Origin: Tubulanus polymorphus
Taxonomy: Eukaryota; Animalia; Nemertea
Assembly (NCBI RefSeq): GCF_964204645.1
Contig: NC_134034.1
Coordinates: 8,258,962-8,322,961 of the forward strand
Direction of reading: 5' to 3'
Length of the DNA stretch: 64,000 nt
The translations under genes and the position numbers were made by a program. The notes below the pieces were generated by a model. That model did not search any database. It saw only the letters and a list, made by a program, of their open reading frames with translations, and was not told the origin of the DNA. Below are positions 12,510 to 26,685 of this stretch, piece after piece; within the stretch, counting starts at the first letter, position 1; every line of letters begins with the position of its first letter.

Positions 12510-15158
12510 TCAATTTCTACTGTACCGCCGACGCTTCTCTGCTAATTTCTGAAGAATCTCATTTCGATCGGCCCTTTTGGCTTTGCCCTGGGCGGCTGCT
12601 GCATGAACGATCCTAGCTCTTTTCGCCGTCTCAATATTCGTTTCTCTTGCTTTTCGTTTTGAGATTGTTTCAGTTTTCCGTGCTTGGATCGCTTTTAAAT
12701 GAGATTCCCGCTTTTCTTTTGTTTCTTCGAGTTCTTGCTTATAAACTTGAGCAGCTGAAGCCATGTTTACGTTCAAACCCGTGGGACGGATGGGATCGCA
12801 GCCAATGTCATTTCTATTAAAAAAATCCACAGCCGACTTTCCAGCCAACGAATACTTCACTGTCTGTAAGGCACTGTATGTTGATATATACAACCGGTTG
12901 GATGTAGTATCCACAATATTCGACATTTCGCTGAATGAACTTTCAACTAGTGGGCATGTGAAGCAACTTAGGAGCGCAAATACCATTTTTGAAAGATAAG
13001 GATATGCTTTAGCCACGTGCGACCACCATTCGTCTATAGGCACCGGTATTGACTCGTCAGAAATAGCTTCTGGGAGTGTCTTGTCAGCCGTGTAAGGGTG
13101 TACCTCAAGTTGGTAGCTATCAACCTCATCTGAATTCAGAACATGTGTTGCTATATTTGGCAAATCCTTTAGATATTTCAAGGTCAAGGTATGACCGCGA
13201 CATGCTGGATCAATTGCAGCTATACGTAACAGTGTCTTACTGTTAAGCGGTAGTTTCTTTGCCAAATATCTAGCACAAGAGATGTAGGCCTTTCTGACTT
13301 TGTCGTAAAATTCATTGACAAGTGGATCTTTTGGATTCTCACTGATAAGTTTTGAGGCTTTGTCTCCAACAAACATTTTACTCGGTTTCATCGTACAAAG
13401 ATCAAAATCGATACTAACTAATTTTCGATCATCGGCAGGGATCTTGTCAGGCCGAATAAAGCAACAGAGAAATTCCTGGAATACACTGACTTGTTCATCA
13501 ATAAGCTTATGTATCAACGGCTCTCGCTTTTGAAATTCAGGTACATAACTGTCCGTTTTCGGTCGACAAACAATCGATCGGTAATTCGATTTTTTCTTGC
13601 TTTTCCGTCCTCAGTAAGTTTCTTGTTTTTTACAGTTGACTGTATCTCTTTAATGCGATCTCGTGCAGGTTCTGAAATACCCAAGCGCCGATAAATTTCT
13701 ACGCAACGGGCTAGATATATAACGCGATCACCTGGATTAAAAAAACCGAAGTAGAACACTGTGTATGCTTCTAACTTACGTTCTAAATCAACAGCGGCAT
13801 CGTGCAAAGACAGCCACCTGGTAACAACATATCTTTCGGGCATCGTGAAGTTAAATCCTAAGAAAGAACATATTTCACGAAGGTAATCATCGCGCAAGTC
13901 AGGTGACCATTTCAAATCATTGTACAGATCTGTAATTAGCTTTTCGATCACTTTATCAAAACAATTGGTAAACTGTTTTGACAAATTGTGTACGTGGTGT
14001 GCCGAGTCGCCATATGTTTAGAAGGTGAGGGACCTTATCACGCAACCTGGTCTCGAACCCGGATCTGCAGCCACGCATGACATTACATGAATCAACAAGA
14101 ACGGACATTGAATGATCATAAGATATCTGTCGACGGTCCAACTTGCCAATGACCTCGTTAAAAATACTTTCACTTTTAGCCGAGATGACCTCAAGTGAAG
14201 AGACATGACGAGACACGATTTTTTTCTCGACGGGTGAATAAAAACTGGCGAGAATAGAAAGAACTTTTTTCAGACTTAAACTTGTTGCTTCATCGATGTT
14301 GAGAGAGAAGAAGTTCTCATTTAGTTCTTCATTTAACTGATCTGAAAAAGTCTTGGCCAAGCCATGTTTCCTTTTGTACGATGCTGTAACTCTGGACATT
14401 TGTAAGTGCGACAGGGCATTTCTGTCTTTACATAAGGCTTTAATCAGATCTATCATATCCGGAACAATGCTAAATGACATGTTTTTGTCGGCAATGAATG
14501 CAAGCAAAGCAGCATAGCCTCAGAATGAAGAACCCGGTCCTGCACTGGAATGAAAGGTTCAACTTTCGGACGACTGCTCTCATTTACAGTGGATGGTGAA
14601 TCTTTAAATGCTTGCCAAAGACCATACGGTTTCTCCTGTTGTGATGTCGAAGACCCTGCAAGGTAAACATTGAAGACTCAATCGATTGTCTGTTTTTATT
14701 TATTCTTAGACCGAATGTCTAGGCCTCAAATTATTTGATCTAATTTCATATCTAAAAGCTGCAAATAAAATTCTGCAGCCGGGATTCCTGCAGAAATTTT
14801 TTCCACAGAACAAACTAAGGTACCGACTGGGTAAAATTTTTGGTTCAAAAACAAAGGAGGCATACCTGGTAGTTTGTAATTACTTCTTCTGTCTTTATCT
14901 ATATCTTTGTGTTTTTTTGCTTTTACGTGATCAGTAATTAGTAATAGCAACCTTTCCCCGTGCACCATAGTTTATTTCGCTGTTGCACCAGATGCATAAT
15001 GCTCTTCCAGCAACGCAGATTTTTCTTATACATACAGCGAGGGGAACATCGTCGATAACGGTCTCTAACCAATTCCATTTCCACGGATTTTTTAATCCTT
15101 TATCAACCCCCCCTGATGGGTCTACAGAAGAGCACCTGTCTATGATCTTACGATCCAT
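12510..15158 (-). pseudogene. hAT transposase with several frameshifts and a likely intron at 14656-14865
   Basis: BED-like zinc finger (CIWC...H..AKKH), FSLNIDEATS, DSCNVMRG, TRWLS, and a C-terminal dimerisation motif WW...YPYLSK...VESSFS. Confidence 0.85.
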
Positions 15159-15829
15159 GACGAACAAACTGCTAATAGCACCCCAGCATTCAAAACAAAA
15201 CAACGGCGCGGGAAGTTTAATACAATAGACAGACAGGTAGACGCGGTGATACGCGCACGCTAATAGTTTTCACGTTAGATTATTGATTTTTTGTACACAC
15301 ACAATCTGATCGTACATCGTAGCGATATAAAAATAGAACGCTTTTACGGTTCGGTTCGGTAGGCCTATGTTATCGCTAACGATGTTTGATTCAGAGAGGA
15401 TGTCCACCCCCCCCCCATTTCTCAACGGATTTGGACTGATCTCAAGAATGATAAAAATGGGCCCTTGTCCGCAGAAATCCGCGGAAGATTTTCATCCCTG
15501 TAATCTTGATCTTTAACACATGCAACAGGTAATTTTGATCTTATTTGCCATCTTAGTGGCATCAGTACCCATTCGTAGGTGGAAAAAAAGCTCAAGGTAT
15601 TAACGTATAGTCTTGATATTTGATTATTAGCACTGTCATAGGATATCCTCACGTGGAATTTGGGACCACCCAATTCTTTGTACTTGCCATCCGGGGAGTT
15701 AAATATTGAAATATAGCTTCAAAGCAACGATAACGGGTTTTCTGCACAGCCTCGTTCGCATCGAACACGAATGCGTGCATGCTGATGCAGCCCCACCAGG
15801 CTATGAAAGTGAAGGGAATTTAGAATCCT

Positions 15830-16330
15830 GTTCAACGGTCAACACGGTTTTATAAAATGAAGGTCTACAAACAGTCAATTGGGCTTACTTGTAACCATGG
15901 ATGATTGGACCAGATTGTTATTTGACTCTGGAAAATCGATTGTTAGGCCTTATATTAGTCTTTATGGATTTTGAAAAGCATTTGATAAGGCACTACATCA
16001 GCAATTACTAAACAAGCCTCTAGGAAATGGTATCAATGATGGGTCGCTTACATGTCTCAGTTGTTTTCTCCGATCGAAAACAGGGGGCCGAAATCAAGTG
16101 AACTGTCTATTCTTGGAAATAATTAGACCTAACTAGTGGAGTTACTCAAGGTAGTATCCTAAGTCGTCTTCTCTTCACAGTCTTGATAAATGATTTACAG
16201 AGTAATCCGAAATGTACAGGACCAAGTAAATTTCCAAAACGACCTAAACAAGTTTATCCTGTACATGGTCAGAAACATGGAAGATAAGCTTCAACCTAAA
16301 AAGGTATAATATGGATATTGGATAGAAAGA
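15830..16330 (+). mobile_element. Highly decayed CR1-like LINE RT fragment
   Basis: MDFEKAFDK (~15964) and GVTQGSILSRLLF..INDL (~16138). Confidence 0.65.
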
Positions 16331-16420
16331 AAACCCAGGGCATATTATGCCTTTGTGTTCGAGTGAGAAGATTATTTTGATCGAATGAAGATAAATCTTA
16401 GGAAGAGAGTTCAAATATCC

Positions 16421-16481
16421 GAATAACCATAGAAGCTATAACATTAAAAACCTCATTTGTTATCGCTTCTATGGTTATTCG
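16421..16481. repeat. Short hairpin, 24-bp arms
   Basis: CGAATAACCATAGAAGCTATAACA / TGTTATCGCTTCTATGGTTATTCG. Confidence 0.8.
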
Positions 16482-17454
16482 AATGAAGATAACTCATTAT
16501 AACGAAAAGACTATTGAGTTCCACGAACATCTTTTTCTTTGGAATGAAAAACTAATCGATTGTACAATGTACTTGTTCGAACGAAAAATTTGCTTCAAAG
16601 CTTGACAGTGCATATAATATTTAGAATAATAAATATCCTGGGGATCGGTAAAGTGTAGCGAAGAAAATAGGTAATTGTTAAAATTACTGTTTGAAGACCG
16701 CGGCTGAAAGTGAAGTCTTGCGGCAACAAATTTGTTTATTTATACTTGAATTGATTATCGAAGTGACGAGCAGCCTACGGTGGATTTCGGGATGATGACT
16801 CAGAAAAACATGGTGCCTTATTGAATGGGCCTCAATTTTCGATGTTTACGGCCCGACAGTGCTTTTGTAATGTTGATTCATCAAAATTTCCATGCAGTAC
16901 CTGTAGATCGAAGTGAGCTAAATCAAATAAAACGGATTCGAATCGAAAACGTATCGAAAACAGCGGTAAGGTAAGAGAGCCTTTGCAGTTTTGACGAAGA
17001 TGTAAAATAATAATTATAAACACGCGAATATCAATAGGGTTTTCTGTGATGTAACAGAACACCCTCTGTGATGTAACAGAACACCCTAATAACATACAAT
17101 TTGTCTACTTATATCGGTACTTGATACAATAATCAATTGCATGGCACGTTCTATGAGTGTGGTGAGTTTCAAGGACATTGGTTTTTGTTTATGGTCACAG
17201 AGGGCATTGAATAGTACAATAACTTAGTTTTGAAATTGTTAGATTGTAGAGCATTTGAAACCACTTTGCAAGTGGCCATGGTATCCTTGGACCCCTAGTC
17301 TTAACAAGAGAACAGGTGATTTCAAACCAGATTGAACTTAAAACATCCTTTCTTAAGACGAATTTGAGGAAATTTCTCACTAAAGCTGGGCGCAGATGGC
17401 AACTGTCAAGGAAGCGAATTTGAACTATATCGTCTGAATTAGCACAAAACTTAC

Positions 17455-17643
17455 CGGTGTAAAAATGACAGCCATTCAAGTAAGAATCGACGTGTAGAGT
17501 TGACTCCTTGATCATCTGAGCCCCAGTGCATCAAACCATAGTTAGTAAACCGGCGTAACATTTCAAATCTTTCGCTGGAGGATATATCCCAGTGTCGCTG
17601 TTCCTTTAGTTCAGTAAATATCCATGGTTTTATCAATGCACCC
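17455..17643 (-). CDS. DUS3L: DUS3L exon 9 ([10 protein letters not shown]...WGSD...[11 protein letters not shown])
   Basis: CAG/GTAAGT sites, 189 nt. Highly conserved DUS3L C-terminal block. Confidence 0.95.
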
Positions 17644-18419
17644 CTGCATATAAGAACAACAGTTATAGATAACAATATCAGGATCAACAAAGGCCTAATT
17701 ACAAAGGTATATAACAGACAATGCATATCAGAAAATGATCGGTACACTATGTAAGCCCACCAAAACAAGATGAATAGGTTTCTGGATTTTCAAAAAAAAA
17801 TTTAAACTTTTAACCCAAAGAAACATGTGTGCAGATAATTTTTCCCCGAAGAATCTAAGAGCAATGGTGCGTGCTATTGTGCTTAATACATCCTTCCCAT
17901 AAACATTCATCTAATGGAGATCAGAGGAATCAACCTCAATAACAATCGACCCAAAAAACCTTTTCAACCAGTCACCTTGCTCCCCTATAATTGATGAATC
18001 ATTTGCTCAAATTGAATATTTCATTCAAATACTTACACTTTGCAGCCTAATATACCCCCATCTCCACAATACGCTCTTCTCCTAGCATGGACCACATATG
18101 TGCATCACAACTTCCCAATTTTCAAATTTGAAATACTGCTGTTAGTGACATCATTATCATGATTCATAGCATACCAGATTTGTTCAGTAGCCTTGAAACT
18201 TTGTCAAGGAATATATAATTCTACTGACAACATATCTGCAACATCTCTTTGCAACTAGACTGTGGCAATGACAAGTATGTCTCCTTCCCGGAGCAAGCAA
18301 AGTAAGTGAGTTTTTACTCATTGTTCTTTGATTTCCTAAGAATTATTGGTTTAAATCTTAAGTTAAGAATTACTGGTATAAATCCATCTTTACTCTCACG
18401 TCAAGTTTCAAGGATATCC

Positions 18420-18800
18420 ATCAGATATTGCAGGCTGTATTGTGCTAACAAGAAATTCAAGATGTCTGCCCTAGCCACCATATTTGATGGCTAATGACCT
18501 CCATTTTCATTGGTGGAGGACATCTCACCTGCCTGTGTATAGTGCTGACAAGAAATTACAAGAAGGCTGCCCTAGCAATCATATTTGATGACTGATGACT
18601 TCCATTTTCAACAGGCCCTCACATCTCACCTGCCTTAACCCACTGACTAAATCTCATTAAAAAATCCATCAAGAAAGGCTGTATCGTGCTAACAAGAATG
18701 TCATGATGGCTGCCCTAGAGGCCAAATTTGATAGCCTCTCTCATAAAGAGACACCTCACCAGCCCCAATGCTCCCAATAAGTTCCATGATAAAATGCCAC
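18420..18800. repeat. Diverged tandem units of another HINE-like element
   Basis: Recurrent CAAGATG(G/T)CTGCCCTAG..CATATTTGATG and CATCTCACC blocks. Confidence 0.55.
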
Positions 18801-19378
18801 CAAAAGTGGTTTAACTTGCTAGTATCTAGATGAATAAAACCTAGAGTAAGCAATTTTAAATAGGCCTTAGTGTTATTCATGGAGCTACCCCATTACACAT
18901 AACAAGTTTAAAAGAAATCGCACATCATTTTGTGTCGTGACTGCAATTTACGTTACGCACGGGATATCAAAACTAGATGAGTCATTGAACACATCGCACA
19001 CATTAAATCGTTATATCATACGCCTTAAAGGGGAACTGCAGCCAAAAAATTATAATTGGCCATTTATTTCTACTCTTGTTGTCGTTTAGCATTATGCTAG
19101 TTGAAATTTCCAATTCTTCCTAATTAACTTGTATACAATGATTTTGATACTGTTATCAGCAGAATTTACGGCAGATGAGAGCCGCCATATTTAAATTCCA
19201 AAGTGAGGCATGTAAACATTGAGGACGTATCCTGGCCCATCACACACTCCAGTGTGTACACAAATAGATACACTCATTGAAGATCTCAGTTGAAAATTGC
19301 GATTAAAATTCTCTTACTGGGCTGCCAGTGGGTTCTTTACTTTTATTTATCCACTCACTGTGTTATTATAATGTATTA

Positions 19379-20129
19379 AGGCTGGCTTATGTCGACAAGC
19401 AACGTGACGCCTACCGACGCAACTGGGTTTATCGCCGATTAGCGGCAACTAGCGACCTACGAGAGGTCGCCAGTTGCTGCTCTATCGGTTCGACATAAGC
19501 CGTATCCGGCTAGTTGCCCATGTTCTACTCCGGCCTACGGTAAGCAACAGTTGCTTTCGATCGCAACCGACATAAGCTGATCTACGACACGACGGAACTG
19601 AGCGCAAGGGTTCCAGCCAATAAGAGACCGCATATACATAGTACAAATTATGATCGCTAGTTAGCGTCATTCATAATTAGTCATAAACTTTCAAATTCAA
19701 GTATTTCGAAACGTTAACCAAACTTTCAGCACGGCAGATGACTGGACCGAAGATCTAGAAGCGAAATTGGTAGAATTATGGTGTGAGCAGCCATCTTTAA
19801 ATGATGTCGCTAGCACATTGTATTCAAAACAGAATCAGAAAGATAAAGATCTTAAAGAAATAGCTTTTCTTATAGAAATATGTTTCCCAACAATTCAAAA
19901 TAAATCAAATTTATTCTCAAAATGCTTATCACGTGACCATCTGAGCCGTTGCAGTTGCCAGTAATCGTAAGCAGGGAAGCAACTGGGGGGATCTCGTATC
20001 CCGATAGTCGGCCTCAGTTGCTGCGAATCGGAGCGCAGTCGACATAAGCTGGGCTGCGATCACGGTTGCTCTCAGTTGCGTCGGTAGGAGTCGGTAGGCA
20101 TCGCGTTGCTTGTCAACATAAGCGAGCCT
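19379..20129 (+). mobile_element. PIF/Harbinger non-autonomous element, copy 1, with MADF/Myb-like remnant
   Basis: TIR AGGCTGGCTTATGTCGACAAGCAACG.. and TTA TSD. Internal DWTEDLEAKLVELWCEQPSL.D....Y reads like a MADF domain start. Confidence 0.8.
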
Positions 20130-20210
20130 TTAAGCATACGAATGATTAGCAATCGGCCAGACCGTTGACATAGGCAAAAATACCGACAGTGAAAGGGTTA
20201 AAATTCCTAC

Positions 20211-20289
20211 CTGGCAATCATACATCCAGCAACATCTGTATTGAGAAGCCGACTGTTCAGTTCCTCATAGGACAATATATCACCATTAC
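20211..20289 (-). CDS. DUS3L: DUS3L exon 8 (GNGDILS...GCMIAR)
   Basis: TAG/GTAGGA sites, 79 nt, phases match both neighbours. NGD and MIAR motifs. Confidence 0.93.
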
Positions 20290-23075
20290 CTACGTATACA
20301 ACACACAATATAAACAAGAAACCCAAGGACTTTGATATTGCTGCCAAATCATCACCACCAGGGTACCTGGCGATATCACACAGAGACAATTTGGTACATG
20401 GCAGATACATGAATTCACTATGTAAATATCAAGACAATCCATTAAAGCATCTCCAAGACTTCCCCAAATAATTAGAAATGTTGTCTTGCGTTGCTGTCGC
20501 ATGCGAAGATGAAGCATCTGCAAGTCACAGTATCCTTACAAAGTTCAAAATATGCCATTTTGACCAGAAAGTGGGTCATGTCATAATTCGGCCATTTTGA
20601 ATCAGAGAATTCCCAAAACAAGAGACTTTCTCTTCATACTATCATACACATACCATAAAAATTTCATGGAATTAGCTCGAATGAGTTATTGTGTACATGG
20701 GAAGTTCACAACTAGGTCATAATTCGGCTATCTTCGGGGGCGGGGTATAATAATGTGTAGTGAAACTGGTATCGTACTCCTTGTGAATCTTTTGTAACCT
20801 TTGTGCTGGCGTATTTGCATGCATGAATCGAATATATTTGTATGGTTGCATTGTCTGGACACGGATTCTCCGATTAAGCAATAATGTTTTTTTTAGTTAA
20901 CTTTATTTATGCATTGTGTGTGGTTTTTGTCTCTGCTGTAAGTGGTGGTCTAGTCCTTACAGTTGACACAAAGTATTTTTTCAAAATTTCCAAAATAGGT
21001 CTAACTGAATTCTGGGGCTTCGCCCGAAGTAGACAAAAACTGTTCTTACATTTGGAACCACCTTAAAATGTCCATGTTAGTATTCTTGTAGACTGAAAAA
21101 TCAAAAGGGACATTATTGTCAATACTATATTAGCGAGTTCAGTTAAAGTTTCGGTAACTGTCAGTGACTGTAACTGCCATTTCAACTAACATAAGTTATG
21201 TAGGTTAATTCCCACCAGATGTGTGCTACAGCAATGACTTATGATGTAACCTTTGAGTAAAATAAAGTTTAACTTAGTTTTTTTTTAATTCAATAGACGT
21301 GTTTCACTTCACTGTCTTAGGCAGTATTTTGCATGATGATTTCATGTGATCTGTCATCAAAATCGACAATTATCAATACACCTAGACCTGGTTCCATTTC
21401 ATTGATTTCAGTTGACCCATAACGTTATTTTCATTCCTAAAAATGGTACTATGGCTTTGAAGAAGTGTATCATATGGTGCTGAAGGACCAAAAAAGTATT
21501 AAATATTCATTGATTAATGCAAATGCACGCATATGTGATTGTATAGGTCTACCAATACTAATTGGAAATCTAAAAAATCCAATGTCATACAAAATATTGA
21601 TTGAAACAATGTCAGGTGCTTACTCAGTAATTTGAAAGTCTGCATGAATTTGAGCATATAGAATAGATATGTATTCCATTGGTTGCAATAATGAGTTGAA
21701 TCGTTGGATGAAGAAAATAGAAAAACAGTAAGTTCATAGGATTACCTTTAACCTTTTCACTGTTGACAAATCATAATCATGATTATTTGTTGCCAAGCAA
21801 CATAGTTTGCTTGAATGGATCTTCCTGAATGATAATTCTAAGTGACTGGGTGAATGCCATAGTGAGAAAACTTTATCCACATGCAGTAAAGGACAATCTG
21901 CTCTATCATTGGAATACATCTACACCCAGTCGAGAATTTCAGGTCATTTTCAGATTGACAATTAGTTGCAACCCTTATTTTTATCATACAATGTATAGGG
22001 AAACTGGGGTTGGTCATTCATACTGGTTTTATTAATTCACTATCAATCATGACAAGTCCCTTTGTGAGGAACGTATGACTTTGACCCAGTAATTATATGT
22101 ATGAGCGCACCAGATGATCACACAATAATAGCAAATTTCTTCACTGACTGAGGACATTAGAATGGTGGCTGATTCGGGACAAGAAAATAAAATTCTGTGC
22201 CATAAATACACCATGCAAAAAATATATTGCATCGTTTCCGTGTCAGTTTCGCAAACAGCGAACCTTCATTTCTCTTGTGTCGTCACAGTGCAGTGCTTCA
22301 TCTAGCATTAAAAAAGGGCAGGGTGCTGATTTCCAATAAGGGCATTTTTGTGCGTGATTCCATTGGAGCAAGGGCACATAATAACGCACTCACGTCTGTT
22401 TTAGGGGCAACCTGCAATGTTCCCTATTGCATGGAATCGAGGTACCCCCTACTACGATTGAGGACTAGAAACTATGTTTAACTCTGATTGTGCCATGAGT
22501 GACACACTTGACCACAGTACATCCTTACACCTATGCCTATCAATGAACAAAAGGTTATCTATAGGGCTTTCAAAATGATTTGGAAAACCAGTTGCAGACT
22601 GAAAACAGCAGAAAAAAGCAATCTCAAAAAGCAAATGATACAGCGAAAAAAAGCCAGCAATAGTGTATAGGCCTACATGAAATTGCATACTTTAAATTTT
22701 AGAAATATCAAATTAATTGATTTAAATTGATAGTGTAAGTGATTGGCAAGTAACTGTTGATAATTGGTAAGCAGCCAGCTTAAGAACACATTATTGCTAT
22801 TAGGCCACTCAAACTAATTGTCTCTGCGAGTCTCTTTGTGAGTTCACCGAACAAAGTTTTTCACCTTGTATATATAAAATTTGTCTAATATAATAGTCTA
22901 GATAAAAAGATCCAGAGGATCACGATGTGTTAAAAATGAAACAATCCATCGAATATACACTACCAGCTTTACAACGGCAGTCGCTAGAATGATTGGCAGT
23001 AGTTTGGAAGTCAGCCAATTTCCTGGAAATTTAAACTACGCCACGTGTCTGAGGCACGTTTTCACACGATGCACA

Positions 23076-23304
23076 CAGGGCCAACTTCGGTTTTCGTAGT
23101 TAGTCGAATAGTGGTCGGAACTAATAACCGAATCGGTCGTAACGTATTTTACAGTGTTGGCCATCATGAACCTAGGTCCGAACTGTAGCAACCGTGCTCA
23201 ATTGCGTGGTTGACCATTTCCGGACTATAGTTCCGACTAACGGACATTCGGTTTTATTTAGTTCGACTATAGTCGACTAACTCCGATAACCGAAGGTGGC
23301 CCTG
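23076..23304. mobile_element. MITE with imperfect TIRs
   Basis: CAGGGCCAACTTCGGTT..TAGTTAGTCGA pairs with TCGACTAACT..AACCGAAGGTGGCCCTG. No clear TSD. Confidence 0.6.
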
Positions 23305-23943
23305 ACTGCAGTACATTTAAATATAACCACTGATCACATGAGTTACTATCATTGATATCATACGAGATATTTCATAGCCGTCGCAGGATTCTTACTAACA
23401 GTCGGATGCGACGGCTTATTTTGAATGCCCTGACTCATTACTCATGACCGACAAGGGAAGGAGGGCAGACCTACGGCAAGTGATGAGGGCACAAGGGCGA
23501 GCATGGGACACATCTGAAGGGCGGCTATTTTTTCGGGGCCCCGCCTCTCTATTTTTGGCTAGATGAAGCAATGAGTGCATTCTCATAGTAAACTTCGTTT
23601 CTGTGCGGAAATTTTGGTCAGACTGCAACGCAAGCCATCCTAGATACTAATTACTGCTAAAATCGTTGTTGGCCACCAAATTGATTGTAATTGGATACCG
23701 ACACACACCAGATGGTGCAACAAAACACTGGGTTATTCTTAGTGATAATCAGTTCATCTTCAATGAAATTTGAACTTGATTTTAAGGCTGCCAAATACAA
23801 ATTTAGATATGAGATCAGCTTTCTCAGTGTATGGTACAGATTTTGCAAAAAATTGATTTACTAATGAGAAAAATCAAATTCAAGTGAAATGTTTAAGGAA
23901 ATTGAAACCCAGTAACCTGAAATGTTCTGCTCCGTGCTTTAGT

Positions 23944-26685
23944 TGTGACTGACAATAGAACTTAGGTCAAGGTCGTGTGGGTAATTGTAGCGTGATCAAT
24001 GGTATTTTATGATAGTGAATAAAGCGTTTAATGGTATCAAATAATAGAGGATCTCTGGCTTTCATCATTATGTTTCGAGGCATTTCAATGGCGACGAGGA
24101 TGGGATCGAATATCAACGATTGTTTGTGAGTAATTATTTCAATCGGCAGAGTCACATTATAGTACCATTTAATTGATCTTCATCGCACCCTGTAGTAACA
24201 CGTAAAAATTCGAGAAAAGATGGCTACCGCTATGGGGCTACCTTCTTTTCCCGAATTCGACCTGCAACCAAGAGAGACGGCTCCTATTCGATTCGATAAA
24301 TACATCAAGCGCCTAGAAAACATGTTTGCAGCCATGGCTATCGATGAAGCTACCCGTCAGAGGCAATGCTGCTACATTACATCGGTGAACCTGCCAATGA
24401 TGTGTATGAAACACTGAAAATTTCTGCAGTCACACCGGGAGATGCAGACCGTGCGAACGAGTTCAAATGTGCAGTCTTAGCGTTAAAGACACATTTTGAA
24501 CCTAAAAAATGTACTGATCACCTTGTGTACCTGTTCCGAAAAAAAATCTCAAAAACCAGACGAATTGACTGCCGAGTTTTACACGAGACTGTCAATACTA
24601 GCCAGTAAGTGTGCCTTCACCGATAGTACACTTGCAATTAAGCGGCAAATAATCCAGGGTACGTTATCGTCCCGCCTTAGACGCAAGGCTGTCGTGCAAG
24701 GGCTCACAGAACTCGTCAGATACAAGAATCTGTAGATTGTGTGGTGGTGTATATCCTCACCAGACACAATGTCCTGCGAAGGGACAGGAGTGCCACAACT
24801 GTGGCAAGCGTAACCATTTCGCTAGAATGTGTCGTGGAAAGCCAAACCAGTCAGAGCGAAACCGTAACCGTGACCCTAGTCGAAATCGAGACTACAACTC
24901 ACGTCGACAACCTAACAATAGGAACCAAAAAAACAGACTCATGTCGTTGAGTCCTTACCTACCGAGGAGGCTGGAATCACCGCAACCTTAGCTCATCAAA
25001 GCAGCGATGATGAGTATGTATTTCGCACAAATCATTATACTGCTGATATGACTCGCTCTAAACCGTTCTTCAATATATCAGTGAGTGGAACCAAGACTCG
25101 CATTATGGCAGATTCTGGTGCAACCGTTAATGTTCTCAACCACAATGACTACCTCAACTTGAATCCGAGACCTACACTGATTCAATCGAAATCTCGCATT
25201 TTTCCGTATATGTCGGAAAAACCGTTGGACCTGCTTGGTAAATTCGAAGCTGAATTATGCAACACTCGCGCATCGTGTAGGGAGACCGTATACGTTGTGT
25301 CTGGCCCCAGTAGCTCGTTACTTAGCTGGGAAGATTTCGCAAAAACTTTGTCTCATCAAAGTGGCAAATTCTGTGAGCAATAATGCGCAATCCGATCCAG
25401 AGAAACCGAAAATGACGAGTACGGAAGACCAGTCTGATTCAAATATACCGGATGTCGTAAAGCGATTCCCAAATGTTTTATCGGGAATGGGCGCCTGCGT
25501 AGGAGAGCCTGTGCGCGTGCATGTAGATGTGTCTGATAAACCTGTAGCGCAACCGCTTCACCGCATCCCGTTCCATGTTCGAAAGCGAGCTAAAGAAAAG
25601 CTCCGAGAGCTTGAAGAGACAGACATAATTGAACCATCCGAAGGTCCTACCCCTTGGATATCACCGATCGTTGTCGTCCCGAAACCGCATGACTCGAATC
25701 AGATACGTATCTGTGTTGACATGCGATCTGTTAATAGAGCAATAATTCGGGAATGGCATGTAATTCCGACCATTGATGATATTGCATCTGACTTGAATGG
25801 ATGCACCGTGTTCAGCAAGCTCGATTTAAAGCAAGGATATTATAAAATCTTGCTGCACCCGGACTCACGACATCTGACAACCTTTTCTACGCATATAGGG
25901 TTGTTCAGATATAAATGACTGAATTTTGGCATGTCATGCTCAGCGGAGGTTTTCCAGAAACGAATCAGTGATGTCATTGCAGGTATCCCTGGCATCAGAA
26001 ACATAAGCGATGATATCTATGTAGGAGGCATCAATCAACGAGAACACGATGAACGTCTTTGCAGTGTACTTCAGCGATTATCAGACGACAATCTCACAAT
26101 CAACATCCCGGAATGTTTGTTTGGCGTACGTGAGATGATATTCTTTGGGCATAAGTTCGGAAAAGATGGTATCTCACCTGACCCTCGTAAGGTAGATGAC
26201 TTACGAGCAATCTCTTCACCGACCAACGTAACAGAGATTCGTAGGTCTATGTCGATTCGTAGCAAGATTTCGCGTTCATCACCAGACCGCTACGGAAATT
26301 GACGTGCAAGGGTGTAGATTGGACCTGGGCTCCCGACCAGCAGTTGGCCTTGGAACAACTTAAAGCTGCCCTATCTGCCAAAACCACCTTGGGTTATTTC
26401 GATCCCGGAAAACAGACATTCCTGTATGTAGATGGCAGTCCGATCGGGCTTGGCGCAGTTCTTGCCCAGAAAGAACCTAATCGTAATGGGATAACTCCGA
26501 TACACTTCGCGAGTCATCCTCTGTCAGCGACCGAGGTTCGATATGCGCAAATTGAAATTTGATATGCGCAAATTTCCTGTACGGAAAGGAGTTCACCATT
26601 GTAACCGACCATCAACCTCTCGTGTCACTTTATAACAACCCGACCTCAAAACCTTCAGCCAGGATAGAAAGATGGTTGCCACTTA
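23944..26685 (+). mobile_element. Ty3/Gypsy LTR retrotransposon (Mag/SURL-like), 3'-truncated and decayed
   Basis: Gag from 24220 with double knuckle CGGVYPH..C / CHNCGKRNHFARMC, protease ADSGAT, RT (PWISP, ISDD), RNase H (VDGS..GLGAVL, YAQIE). No integrase or 3' LTR. The 5' LTR start is uncertain. Confidence 0.9.
24089..24106 (+). promoter_or_regulatory. Gypsy primer-binding site, tRNA-Ser type
   Basis: TGGCGACGAGGATGGGAT follows the ..TTCA LTR end and is complementary to the 3' end of animal tRNA-Ser(GCT). Confidence 0.8.

Larger units (their letters stand above)
11739..15500 (-). mobile_element. hAT-superfamily DNA transposon, complete ends, decayed transposase
   Basis: 12-bp TIR CAGGGATGAAAA/TTTTCATCCCTG and TAATCT duplicated on both flanks. 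Transposase fragments lie at 12510-15160. Confidence 0.88.

Noticed and set aside
21730-22035. Possible decayed transposase fragment (WVNAIVRKL)
   Set aside because: Too short and degenerate to assign without a database search.
24032-24039. TGGTATCA as a tRNA-Met primer-binding site
   Set aside because: Only a short match inside the LTR; the 18-nt tRNA-Ser PBS at 24089 is far better supported.
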